Assembly: GCF_006345805.1 (NCBI RefSeq)
Contig: NW_021833766.1
Coordinates: 1-55,423 of the forward strand
Direction: 5' to 3'
From: Octopus sinensis
Taxonomy: Eukaryota
Length of the DNA stretch: 55,423 bases
Below are positions 1 through 11,760 of this stretch, piece by piece. Below the pieces are notes generated by a model. That model was given only the letters and a program-made list of their open reading frames with translations, was not told the DNA's origin and ran no database searches. Each line of letters opens with the position of its first letter. The stretch's first letter is position 1. The position numbers and the translations under genes were made by a program.

Positions 1-185
1 GGCACACATTATTATGAGATTGACAAAGAAACGGTCATGCTTTATACTGAATCGCTCTACTTCAGCGTTTCCAATCTTTTCTTTCTTGAAGCAAACATGA
101 AATATTGTCAATGTCTGAAGGACGTCTCACGCAAAAATAATTACAGTTCATCATTAATCTTTATCTTTCGCTTTCAAAAACATAC

Positions 186-272
186 ATTTTGGGAAAGAGC
201 AAACGAAATTTTAAAAAGGTTTAGCAATGCCAAATCCAACAAGCACCACAACGACCCCTTAGAAAATTTCAT
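186..272 (-). CDS. Candidate first coding exon of a secreted or membrane protein (MKFSKGSLWCLLDLALLNLFKISFALSQN); the gene continues beyond the left edge
   Basis: Minus strand reads ttttttcag|ATG...CAAAAT|gtatgt: 87 nt, open, phase 0, with canonical acceptor and donor. The peptide has a basic N-terminus, a hydrophobic Leu-rich core and a small-residue (A-L-S) cleavage-like end. Confidence 0.6.
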
Positions 273-532
273 CTGAAAAAAAGTGCTTAGACTAAATTGT
301 TGTCTATTTCCCTTAACGAATCTAGAATTAAATACAAAATCATTGTATCCCAGTGTTACATTCAGTGAAAAGTCAATTATATTAGGAACAATAAAGAGAA
401 AGGTAAAGGCCTGGGTGGACAGAGAGGAAGAGATACAGACAGATTGAAACAGGATGGGACGATTCCCATTGCACAGTTTTCGCCTTATTTTTTAGTGGAT
501 TAGAGTTTAGGTTCGCAAGAGGATTAATATTA

Positions 533-932
533 TACTAGCACTATGACCCGGCGTTGCCGTATCTAGTGCTATTGCATGTTGTTCGTTGCCGGGTCGCAGT
601 AAAAATTTCTCTCTAAATCAAGAGCTAAGTTTCTTATCACATTTCAGCCTGGACCAGTTTTGTTGTTTTTGAGCTAGTTGGAGCTTTTTATGAGAGTAAC
701 TAATATTCATTGGACTTCGGCAATGCTCATATACCCATAACTTATGGGCATAAGGGGTCGGTTTATCGATTTTTTTAATGGCTTTCTGAGGTCTCTGGGG
801 AAAATGAAAAGATCTTAACGACCATCCTCAGACAGTTTTGAAAGCGCATAGAAAATACGAGCCATTTATGTGAAAAACTGTGGATTTGTATGAAGGACAC
901 ACAGACATTTTGCCGTTTATAGATATAGAGAT
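533..932 (+). mobile_element. Non-autonomous Helitron/Helentron-type (HINE/DINE-like) element
   Basis: Starts TACTAGCA...GACCCGGCGTTGCC with a subterminal inverted pair GACCCGGC (545-552) / GCCGGGTC (588-595) and ends cagacattttgccgtttatagatatagagat. This resembles HINE-type termini; no coding sequence. Confidence 0.5.
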
Positions 933-1844
933 GTTGGGTTTTAACTCAGAGTATTAATAACGCAGTTTTTGTTGTTGTTCACAATGAATTTAGATTGATA
1001 AAGTTTACCTAAAATGAAAATGAAACACACACGTATACTTAGGACAATATTATAGAACTGTTACTTCGTTTATTTATAATGGAATAATGGAATCTGATGG
1101 AGCACATTCAGCTAGTCCCACTACGTTGAGCGACAACCTATTGACTACCATTTTGCTATGTGAAAGAAAATAACAGCTCAGCACAGTAACAGACTGGAAT
1201 AAGTTATTTAGAGAACGGTATTTTTTCATTAGCAATGCCAATTCTTGCTTCTGTGATAATAATAGAAGTAAACATTCAAGAAAAAAAAAATGTCTATGTG
1301 AGTCTGTATCTGCGAACACGCTTGCTTATGTGTCCGTGCGTGTAAATTTGCTTGCATGTACGTATTTATGACTGTCTGTCTGTCTGTACAGATGTATGTA
1401 TGTATGTATGATGTATGTATGTATGTATGTATGTATGTATGTATGCATGAATGGATGTAAGAACTATATGTATATCAGTTCTGTTTGCAATTCATTTCGA
1501 CAATGCTCAGAGGGATAGAATCTCTATGTTAATTATCGGTGTTGGTCACTCCGCGAACAAATAACGCGTTTTTTTATTGAATGCGATTGTATTGCTCGGG
1601 GGCTGTAGGCAATCAGTATACGCCAAGGTCAAAACGGTAAGTATTATAGATTTAATATATAAAAATATGCAGACCTCACGCCACACCATACCAAAATATC
1701 AGCCATGTCTGAGGATTCATCTTCCTATAGGTTCTGCTTGGACATTCTTTATGTAGCACCCCAATTACCCACACGCGCGCAACACACACATACATACATT
1801 TGTGTATATTATATGTGTATGTGTGTGTGTGTGTGCATGTATAT

Positions 1845-1908
<64 letters not shown>

Positions 1909-2018
1909 AGTGAGAGAAAGAGAGAGATGAGTGGTAGGGAGAGACAGAGAGATAGATATACATATATTCTTCTATCCTTTTATTTGTTTCAGACATTTGA
2001 CTGCAGCCATGCTGGAGT

Positions 2019-2052
<34 letters not shown>

Positions 2053-2057
2053 CTTAC

Positions 2058-2230
2058 CTGCAAACATATATTTGAATATATATATATATATAAGAAGATC
2101 AGCGTCTGTTTTTTATTCCTTTAAAAGTTCAAGGGAAAGGAAAATTGAATGGATATATATACCAGTATGTGTGTTTATATTTGGTAACCATTGCAAAGGC
2201 AGGAAGAAAGAAACTTCGAACATTTGGGGG
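2058..2230 (-). other. Candidate non-coding first exon of the minus-strand gene (5' boundary approximate)
   Basis: Perfect minus-strand donor CAG|GTAAGT (GT at 2057-2056) lies about 180 nt from the ETS motifs and points toward the acceptor at 273. Confidence 0.4.
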
Positions 2231-2236
2231 ATATTA

Positions 2237-2276
2237 CGGAAGTGACGCGAAATATTAGATTGTCAGGCGGAAGTGA
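2237..2276. promoter_or_regulatory. Putative promoter core with two ETS/GABP-type motifs, the first an ETS-CRE half-site composite
   Basis: CGGAAGTGACG at 2237-2247 and GCGGAAGTGA at 2267-2276, in unique sequence flanked by divergent splice donors. Confidence 0.45.
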
Positions 2277-2518
2277 TACACAATAAAAACAATCTAACAA
2301 ATGTATTAAAAAATAAAACACAAAAAAGCCTTAATTGCGCTATATTCAAATATGTGTGAAATTTTATTACATAGAACTTAGCAATAAAACTGGATCCTGT
2401 CCACAAAGCTGTTCGTGAAAGCATTCATTAAAACACGCTGAACATGTGAAAAAAATTTGTGGTAAAACTATTTGCCGTGGCTTTTATTGCTTTCATTTCA
2501 CGGTTGTGTTTTCTTCAG

Positions 2519-2544
2519 AAACACCCAGGGTATCAAGTGCTCAG
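2519..2544 (+). other. Candidate plus-strand micro-exon, or 3' end of a first exon
   Basis: ttgtgttttcttcag|26 nt|gtaaat: pyrimidine tract, AG acceptor and CAG|GTAAAT donor. Confidence 0.25.
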
Positions 2545-2904
2545 GTAAATTACTTGGACTTTGCTTTACATACGAATTTACTGTAACTACAACAGCAGCA
2601 ACAACAACAACAACAACAACAAACAACAACGATGACGATGACGACGACGACGGACGACAACAACGAAAGGCACATGAGACTTTGTTTACGGATATTGTAA
2701 CGTCGATCTCGTATTTACTCTTCCCCTTTTCCTTTAGTGTGTATATATATATATATATATATATTTGTGTGTGCGTATGTGTGTAATAGATTTTCATACT
2801 CACACACACACGCACACACACACACACACACACAACACACTCACACACACACAACACACACACAACACACACACACATATATATATATAATATATATACA
2901 TATA

Positions 2905-3052
2905 CGGGCGTGGCTAATAGTTAGAAGTTTGTTTCGTAACAACATGGTTCCAGTTTGGGTCCCACTGCGTAGCATTTTCTATTATAACCTCGAGGCCAGC
3001 ACAGCCTTCTGGGTGGATTTCATAGACGGAAACTGAAAGAAGACTGTCATAT
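2905..3052 (+). mobile_element. SINE family A, decayed 5' half
   Basis: Diverged match to the head of the copies at 4990 and 45575 (cccactgcgt...agacggaaactgaaagaag), followed by (TG)n. Confidence 0.75.
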
Positions 3053-3072
3053 ATTCATTTGTTTGTGTGTAT

Positions 3073-3131
<59 letters not shown>

Positions 3132-3142
3132 TGTGTGTTTAT

Positions 3143-3354
3143 ATTCTTTCATTTTTTTATTATTTTATTTGTTTCAGTTATTTGACTGCGGCCATGCTGG
3201 ATCACTGCCTTTATTTGAACAAATCGACTCCAGGATTTATTCTTTATAAGCCTAGTACTTATTCTATCGGTCTGTCTTGCCGAACCGCTAAGTTACAGGG
3301 ACGTAAACACACCAGCATCGATTGTCAAGCGATGTTGGGGGTGGGGGAATAAAG

Positions 3355-3397
<43 letters not shown>

Positions 3398-3555
3398 GTC
3401 TTCTTTCAGTTTCCGTCTACCAAATCCACTCACAAGGCTTTGGTTGGCCCGAGGCTATAGTAGAAGAAACTTGCCTAAGGTGCCACGCAGTGAGACTGAA
3501 GCTGGAACCATGTGGCTGGTAAGCAAGCTACTTACCACACAGCCTCTCCTGCGCC
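3143..3555 (-). mobile_element. SINE family A (tRNA-derived, CORE-like segment, internal TA/TG microsatellite), full length
   Basis: Reverse complement has a tRNA-like head (tggctgtgtggtaag...ggttc), a ccttaggcaag CORE-like segment, a microsatellite, and a tail ending ccagcatggccgcagtcaaa...gaaac. There are 10 or more related copies in the window. Confidence 0.9.
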
Positions 3556-4141
3556 TTAAATGTGTGTCTGTGCATCCATACATGGCACTTGGTCCTGCTA
3601 TATACATTTCTCAGACATGGATATATCTAAGAGACGTGTTCAACCCTTTTTCGCATTTTCGTATATTTTATATATACACGAAAACATACATACCGAGTTC
3701 ATTTATTTTTTTATTCGCTTTCCTTGTTTACACTTCTTACACTTGTTACACATATTGCTTCTACCAAGTCTTGTGGTCACGTTTGTATAGTATATGTAGT
3801 TTTAGAAATTACCATCACGTTTTTTTTTTTCTTGATATATTATTGATTTTTTTCTATAAAAATCATATTTCCGCTAAAATATGCAAATAAACAACGTACT
3901 CACAAAAATATGAATGCCTGGCATGATTTTAAGTTATGTGCCAATTATTATACACTGAATATCATACGTTCTATGTAAATGTTCTCCAACTGTGATTGAT
4001 TTCAAGAAATACGATCATATACATTTATATAGACGCACAGACACATATAAATGGATATAGATGTACGTGTATATGTATATGTATGTATGTGTTATATATT
4101 ATAATATATAATATATAATATATATTATAATATTATATATA

Positions 4142-4215
<74 letters not shown>

Positions 4216-4222
4216 TAGACAG

Positions 4223-4282
<60 letters not shown>

Positions 4283-4483
4283 TAGATATATATATCATAT
4301 ATATATAAGTATATATATATATATAGATATATATACATACATATATAAATATATATATACACACACACATACACATTAATATATATCATCATCATCATCG
4401 TCATGATTTAGATCTCATTTTCCAACCTTGCATTGTTGCATTGCTTGGACTCACCATCCATCCATCCACCACCAGCCATCATC

Positions 4484-4570
4484 GGAGTGTTCGATGAAGG
4501 CATAACTGACCGAAAGTTCGAAGTTAGCGTCCTTCAATTGAATGTAAAACTGATTTTCTTATAACATACA
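4484..4570 (+). ncRNA. Degenerate hammerhead-like motif in a probable Penelope-like terminal fragment
   Basis: TCGATGA-A-GG-cataactga-CC-GAAA-gttcgaagtt-A, with a near-palindromic helix III and a weak helix I. The core deviates from CUGANGA. Confidence 0.35.
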
Positions 4571-5281
4571 AAACAAATATTAATATGGTGCTCCAGTATG
4601 GCCGCAGTAAAATGACTGATACAAGTAAAAGAGTAAAAGAGTATACATATGTGTGTGTGTGTGCGTGTGTGTGTGTGAATATATGTTGGGTGGGGCCGGT
4701 AAGATGCACATAAATATAACCCCATACATTTGAATATGAATGAGTGCATACAACATGCATACGGCGTATAAAACCTTGCACTTGCGAGCTAAAAATTGAA
4801 CATCACTGCGATCGCTCCGAGTAGAAGAAAGCTTACTCAAATCACACCAAGTGTCATAAATTAGGAATCCTTATTGTAGTGAATTGTTATATTCTGTGTC
4901 TCAAAAGAGTCACGACTCGAATATATTTGATCATAGATTTACGTAATGCTACCTGGTGCTAAACATCAGAAACAAACGAAATAGCAACACGCGTAGGAGT
5001 GGCTGTGTGGTAAGTAACTTGCGTACCAATTTCAGGGTTTCAGGTTCAGTCGAACTGCGTGGCATCTACTGCAAGTGTCTTCTGCTATAGCCTCGGGCCG
5101 ACCAAAGCCTTGTGATGGAATTTGGTAGAGGGAAACTGAAAGAAGTCCGTCGTATGTATATATATATATATATATATATCGCGGAGTAAGTACATAAATG
5201 TGAAAAAAGGTGGGAAAAAATAGTACTCGAATACGAAAGGTAGAGTAATATGCTTTGTTGAGATGCAGCAGAAATATCACA

Positions 5282-5327
5282 AAAACTGTTACTCAGAGTT
5301 TCACGTTCCCGTTCGTCGGATAGTTTT
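5282..5327 (-). ncRNA. Minimal type I hammerhead ribozyme-like motif (minus-strand copy)
   Basis: AAAACUAU-CCGACGA-ACG(GGAA)CGU-GAAA-CUC(U)GAG-UA|ACAGUUUU; helix II intact, one mismatch in helix I. Confidence 0.7.
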
Positions 5328-5338
5328 ACATTCTAAAC

Positions 5339-5384
5339 AAAACTGTCCGACGAACGGGAACGCGAAACTCTGAGTAACAGTTTT
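5339..5384 (+). ncRNA. Minimal type I hammerhead ribozyme-like motif (plus-strand copy)
   Basis: Helix I AAAACUGU/ACAGUUUU (8 bp), core CCGACGA (5347-5353, U4C variant), helix II ACG-GGAA-CGC, GAAA (5364-5367), palindromic helix III ACUC-U-GAGU, GUA cleavage triplet ending at 5376. Confidence 0.7.
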
Positions 5385-6029
5385 TGTGAACAGTTTTTGT
5401 GATATTTCTGCTGCTTTTCATTAAAGTATATATACACATATATATATTTTTATATATGTGTGTGTTTGTGTGTGCGTGCGTGTATGTTTCTGTGTCTGTG
5501 TTTGTCCCCAACCCTCACAAGACAACCGATGCTGCTGTGTTTACGTTCCCCGTAGCATAGTAGTTCGGCAAAGGACCGATAGAATAAGTACTAGGCTTAC
5601 AGAGAATAAGTACTGGGGTCGATTTGCTCGACTAAAAAGGCGGTACTCCAGCATGGCCGCAGTCAAATGACTGAAACAAATAAAAGAATAAAAAAATAAA
5701 AGTATAATATATCATAAAAATGTAATATAAATACTATGAAAATTAAAGATTACTAAGTTATTGAGTGTGATTCGGTGAGCACTTCTTTTAAATATTTTGC
5801 TTTTAATCGCAACTGATACATTTGACCTTTGAGGTTTTGCTATTACCATTTCTTATAAACAATGTTGGTTGCTATAAACATAGCACGAATCCCTTTATTG
5901 TTCTGCTTCATTGAAATGAAAGGTCCAACTGAAAAGTTTTGAAATTTAAAAACTAAATGTCAAGAGTCGAATTGAGAAAATATGAAAATCAACTTAAGGA
6001 ACAAGTGTCTGTTCTAGAATCACTACCTA

Positions 6030-6284
6030 GGTGGTGGAGGTGGTGGTGGAGGTGGTGGTGGTGGTAGAGCTGATGGTAAAAGTGATGGTTGTGATGGTGA
6101 AGGTAATGGTGCTGGTGATAAAGTGGTGATGGTATTGGCGATGACGGTGTTGTTAAAGTTGTTGGTGGTGGCGGCGGTACTGGTAGTAGTGCTGGTGGTC
6201 ACGCGTTAGATACTTCAAGACCCTCTTTGCCATCATATTCGTCATCATCATCATTATCATCATCATATTCAGTAGCATCTTCTT

Positions 6285-6335
<51 letters not shown>

Positions 6336-6390
6336 TCATATTTGTCATTATCATCATTATCATCATCATATTCAGTAGCATCTTCTTCTT

Positions 6391-6429
<39 letters not shown>

Positions 6430-6480
6430 GTTATTTTCCTCCTCCTACTCTCCTCCTTCACCACCATCACCACCTCCTTG
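6030..6480. repeat. Degenerate trinucleotide low-complexity block ((GGT)n, (CAT)n, (TAC)n)
   Basis: Visible triplet runs; explains the poly-V/T/Y ORFs. Confidence 0.9.
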
Positions 6481-6799
6481 TTCAGACCTAAGTGAAGTCA
6501 AATCGTGCAAATATATGATCGAATGAGAACCGACTATAAATAACACATCATTTACTGGTTCTCGTCTGCCGTCATTATGTCATATGTTTTCACTTTTTTA
6601 TTTCTTTCTTGTCGTCTCCTTTCGATATGATGAGGCGCTGTTTAGGGTAAGATTAGATTGGCATGCCTAAGAGGAAAGTTACAAGATTTGAGTAGAATTT
6701 CATGTTTGTATCTTTTCATGTTGGTTTAATAACATCGTAGTTTAATAACATTAATTAATGAATGTTTACAAACAAACACTCACACATAAAATGATAGAT

Positions 6800-6841
6800 A
6801 AACAGACAGCTAGCTAGCTAGCTAGCTAGATATATATATAT

Positions 6842-6916
<75 letters not shown>

Positions 6917-6926
6917 TTTAGATATT

Positions 6927-6990
<64 letters not shown>

Positions 6991-7018
6991 CAGATAGATA
7001 GGCAGACAGAGATAGATA
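6800..7018. repeat. (GATA)n microsatellite
   Basis: Long tandem GATA with TAGC and TA segments. Confidence 0.95.
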
Positions 7019-7789
7019 CGGTCATGTCTTTGTTTCTGTATAAGTGTGTAAGTGGGTGCTGTTACTTCTAATATATATGTTTCTTAGCCAAACCTGTCTT
7101 GAATTAACCAATATACGACCAAAGTCTTCTAGTCATGAGCATCCAGTCCTAAAGATGTTATCATTAATATCAGCTCGGCTCTGATCAACCAGATCTTTGA
7201 CTCAAATTCCTCATCTCATCATTTATAAAAAATATCTGCCTACAGTATATCAGGGCAGCATTCTGCTGACTGCATACATAAACTGTAGGGTTTAGTATAT
7301 ACAATACAATGAATCGAAATACTTTGACTCACCGAAATTACTCAGTTGGAAGATTCCTTATATGGGACGTACAAAAGTTAAAGAAAAAGAAATAACAGAA
7401 GATTTATACCTTCAATAAAAACCAGTTGATCGAAATGTTTGTACAATACAATGTAGATTGTCCAAAACCCAGAGGTTCAATTTATCTTATTAAACAAAGT
7501 ATGGTAAAAAAAAAAAAACAATAAACAAATTAGGCAGTTTGGTGATTATTTCTAGAAGACAATTGAATTCCCTGGCTCATAGCTTTATATTAGTGGGATG
7601 TGCAATAAATGTGACGAAAGTTATCGTTTAGACCTTTGTTGGATAAGGAGAGTCTCCCGACATAATCTCAGAGCACACAGATTTCTTTGTTATGAAGTAA
7701 TGAGGGTCCAGGTAAGTGGTCACTCTAACAGCAAGAAATAAGATCGTACTTTCTCTCATATTACACACACCAACTTTAAGAAGTACACA

Positions 7790-8126
7790 GGCGCAGGATT
7801 GGCTGTGTGGTAAGTAACTTGCTTACCAACCACATGGTCCCGGGTTCTGTCCTACTGCGTGGCCCCTTTGGCAAGTGTCTTCTACTATAGCCTCGGACCG
7901 ACCAAAGCCTTGTGTGTGTGCATGTTTTTGTGTCTGTGTTTGTCCCCTCAACATCGTTTTGACAACCAATGCTGGTTTGTTTACGTCCCAGTAACTTAGT
8001 GGTTCGGCAAAAGAGACCGATAGAATAAGTACTGGGCTTACAAAGAATAAGTCCTGTGGTCGATATGCTCGACTAAAGGCGGTGCTCCAGCATGGCCACA
8101 TTCAAATGACTGAAACAATTAATAAA
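7790..8126 (+). mobile_element. SINE family A with an internal deletion
   Basis: ggcgcaggattggctgtgtggtaag head through to ctccagcatggccaca...gactgaaac tail. Confidence 0.9.
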
Positions 8127-8738
8127 ATGAATAATGTTTTGATGTTTGATGTCATTTCATCACAAAAATGAGATGGTCACTGTTGGAATGTGTTTCACCA
8201 TAAGTGTACTCAAACACGCTGACCTACTTTCAACAACCACTCCAACTACAACAACAGCATCACCATTAGCAGTAGCGGTAGCAGCAAAACTATTTTTATA
8301 ACTATTTTTTTGTAAATGTTACATTTTAAAATTTTTATAAAAATATAAAATGAGTGAGATCAATAAAAAAATAATCAATTATCGACAGGTATCTTCGTTG
8401 AAAACAACACAGTAACATACACTTCTTTTCGTGATGGGAGTATAATTCTATACCATCATAAACATCAAATAAGATTTCAAAATTCAATACTTGATAGTAG
8501 GGTAAGATTGACTATAGTTCAGATAAAATAAATCGAATACAGCAATATAGGGTAACTAGTGAATGGTCTGTATCTTCAAATGAAATAGGTTGTAAGATGA
8601 CATGTTTGATTTTATTTATTAATGGTCATATTTTAAAGTCCATATTCATAAGAGAATTCTATTATTTGAAATTCAGACTTCAGAAGACGCACTAAAATTA
8701 ATGCTGTGTTCTTTTTGTCTTTCATTTTTTTTTTTCAG

Positions 8739-8994
8739 TTAAGAGTGCCAAAATTCGTTGCTTTCACTGTCATATCCTGGTTTTGCAGTGAGCAAACAAA
8801 CCTATTTCAGGAATCATCATCCAATTTCTTATTTTCCGACAAAATGTCCGTTTTATTACATTAACTAATCTTACGCTTTTAAATACAAGAAAGTGGGGTA
8901 GTTGGATGCAAACATGGCAGCTATTTCTAACACGTCTTGCGAGACTGTAGAGCGTAGAGTTACACACGTTTTAAATGGTCGAAAGAGAGCAGAG
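8739..8994 (+). other. Candidate plus-strand exon containing a short ORF start (8914-8994, MAAISNTSCETVERRVTHVLNGRKRAE)
   Basis: Very strong acceptor (ctttttgtctttcatttttttttttcag|), unique sequence, aaacATGG start context, open frame to GAG|gtaaaa donor. I recognise no homology. Confidence 0.35.
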
Positions 8995-9472
8995 GTAAAA
9001 TTTATCACCAAAAAGTGTACGAGATTATAACAGGAAAATCACAAAGTGCGTACTTTCTGATAAGCATTTAATTGAGGACCATTTCTTTTCTAAACAAATC
9101 TAGAAAAAGGAAAAAATGGAACTATGCAGTTAGTAGAAACGGCAGTCAATGTATTTACGCATGTATATCTGTCTGTCTGTATGTATGTATTTACCTACAT
9201 ACATATACATATGTATGCATATGTACGTGTATTTATACATATAAGTTTCTTTTTGTGGTTACATCGGGTTTGTTGAGAGCAATCATAGGAAAAATTCGGA
9301 GTAGCGCCAGAATATGAACTAAGTGAATAAACTACCACTCATTGCAGAATTCTTTCTTATGCAGCGATAAACAGAGATACATAAACATATGCATGTGTAT
9401 GTGCGTGTATAACTATACACACAAACATATATACATATATGTACGTGTCTCTGTTTGTGTGCGTGTGTATAT

Positions 9473-9518
<46 letters not shown>

Positions 9519-9570
9519 ATGTATGAATGTATGTATGTATGTATGTATGTATGTATGTATATACATATAT

Positions 9571-9628
<58 letters not shown>

Positions 9629-10282
9629 CTGTTATTATCAAATTATCGAAGCCATTATATGCTACAGATGTGCAGTATCGTCATATATGTAGGTCTAACT
9701 TTGTCAAATACACCGTTTAGACCGAGCTATAATATCATATCGATATTTCTGAATGCGAACGAGAAATGACGAATAGAATGTAACAATATTAACCTGACAA
9801 TACTGTTTATATCCGGTAACCTATTTTTCTCTTTTGCACAGATCAATGTCAGTTGCTCGCTGCCCTTTTTGTCCTTTTCTATTTTCTTTATCTTTCTTTC
9901 TTTCTTTTTTTTTTTAATTTTGTTGTTAATCTGTTCTCTTCCAATCACTCTTGTCGAGAGAAAAATACGGTATTGAAAGTAAAAACTGAAATGAATTTCG
10001 CTCGACAAAATACTCTATTCAATTGAGTATATGTGTTTGATGTGAACATGAACGGTTCTGTATGGAATTTTTAGACTAAAACTATTTTGTATAGCGAGAA
10101 AAGGCAAAAAAAAAAAAAATAGAATGTATTGAGTTGCCAGAATAGGTCAATTGACATACATACATGCACGCACGTTCACATGCATCACACATGCATATAC
10201 ACAAACTACACAGGATTTCTCACATAAGCAATGCAACACATGAGCAAACTCACTCGAACACACCGTAGTAAATAAACATATA

Positions 10283-10498
10283 CGAGGGGATGCTGAAAAG
10301 TTCCTGGTTTTAAGGGTGTCACTAAAGGTCTGGCTAAAGGCCCAGCCATCCGTGTTCTTTTACAGGGCTTAGAAAAACTGAATGACTATTTCAATAAGTG
10401 TGTGGATCTGAGAGGAGAATTTGTTTACAATATCATAATTAACTGATCCTCTTGCATTCTATTTTACCTATAGCGAGGGACTTTTCAGCATCCCTTCG
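10283..10498 (+). mobile_element. Mariner-type MITE (copy 1)
   Basis: TA-CGAGGGGATGCTGAAAAGTTCC ... GGGACTTTTCAGCATCCCTTCG terminal inverted repeats; no ORF. Confidence 0.85.
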
Positions 10499-10581
10499 TG
10501 AGTATTATGTGTGTGTTTGTGTGTGTGTGTGTGTGTGAAAGAGAGAGAGTGTGTGTGTGTGTATGTGTGTGTGTGTATATA

Positions 10582-10789
10582 CGAGGGGTTGCTGAGAAAT
10601 TCCTGGTTTTAAGGGCATGGCGGAAGGCCTGGAGGCCTAACCTTCTGAACTCTTTTACAGGGCTTAGAAAAAGAACTGCTGCAATAAGTGTGTGAATCTG
10701 CGAGGGCAATTTGTTAAAAAGAATCATAACTAACTGATTCTCGTGTATTTTCTATTACTCGAAGTCAGGAACTTTTCAGCACCGCCTCA
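10582..10789 (+). mobile_element. Mariner-type MITE (copy 2, same family)
   Basis: TA-CGAGGGGTTGCTGAGAAATTCC ... GGAACTTTTCAGCACCGCCTCA-TA; interior aligns with copy 1. Confidence 0.85.
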
Positions 10790-10903
10790 TAATCTACAAG
10801 ACCTAATATAGATATCAGAAATGAAAAGTGTAGGAGAAAGACTGGGAGAAATGCTGAAAAACAACCTCTACCAGGAAACTATTAAGTTTTCTAGTATGTG
10901 AGG

Positions 10904-11061
10904 CAGTGGCTCCGAACCTGTGGTTCGTGGGCCCTTGGTGGTGAACTAAATTCAAAATTTCAGATTTATATATATAAGGATAAGCTTATTAAAAGGGGTC
11001 CGTAGGAAAACTTATTTAAATAAAAGGAATCCTCGGTAGTGAAAAGGTTGAGGAACCACTG
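10904..11061. mobile_element. hAT (Charlie/MER5-like) MITE
   Basis: TIRs CAGTGGCTCCGAACCT ... AGGTTGAGGAACCACTG with an internal GGGGTCC motif; target duplication not preserved. Confidence 0.7.
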
Positions 11062-11717
11062 TAAAGCAAGAAATAAAATTGTTCCGACTCTATTAATTAT
11101 GCCAGCGTCCATTTTATTATTCAGTGTGTAGTTATCGACCATTCACTGCATTATGCTAATCGTTCACGTATTCGACATCTAAAATCCGGCAGGTGTCATC
11201 ACTAATTGTCCAAATGAGGTGTTATCTTGGCCGCCTTGTCAGTTCGTATTCAGCTCAATGCGTTACTTATTTCTAGAAAGAGTGACAACTTGGGAAGGGT
11301 GCTATGATAGGTACACTAATGCCTTGATGACTGTTGTAAATGAATACTAAGGATCTTAAAGAAAAATGAAACTTCAAATCTGTTATTTATACATTGATCT
11401 GTTATGTCATCTATTTAACTCATTCTTTTTTTCTCTCTCTGCTTATATACAACCATATATACACACATTCATAATATATCGCTTGAAATGGGTTTCCTGA
11501 TTGTATAGTAGATGCAATTATATTTCATGATTTTCTTTTTTAACATAAAGCAGGTGAAAGATATCTATTCAGTTATGTGAAGCAATAAAACTTCTATTCG
11601 TTATTACCTAATATTTCTTTATCTATGCGGTATGGAGCAATTATATGATCACATACAGGTGTGTGTGCGTGTGTGTGAGCGCGCTCGCGTCCATGTGTAT
11701 ATATATAAATATATATA

Positions 11718-11760
<43 letters not shown>

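Larger units (their letters stand above)
5178..5431. mobile_element. Penelope-like terminal repeat fragment in inverted (palindromic) arrangement
   Basis: Arms 5248-5327 and 5339-5431 are reverse complements (right arm has a ~14-nt duplication). Each arm carries a hammerhead fold, and the insertion sits in (TA)n. Confidence 0.7.
4990..5700 (+). mobile_element. SINE family A, full length, interrupted in its microsatellite by a Penelope-like insertion
   Basis: Head 4990-5152 and tail 5490-5700 match the other copies; foreign sequence occupies about 5178-5431. Confidence 0.9.

Noticed and set aside
37-276. 79-aa plus-strand ORF
   Set aside because: No recognisable features; it overlaps the better-supported minus-strand exon with canonical splice sites.
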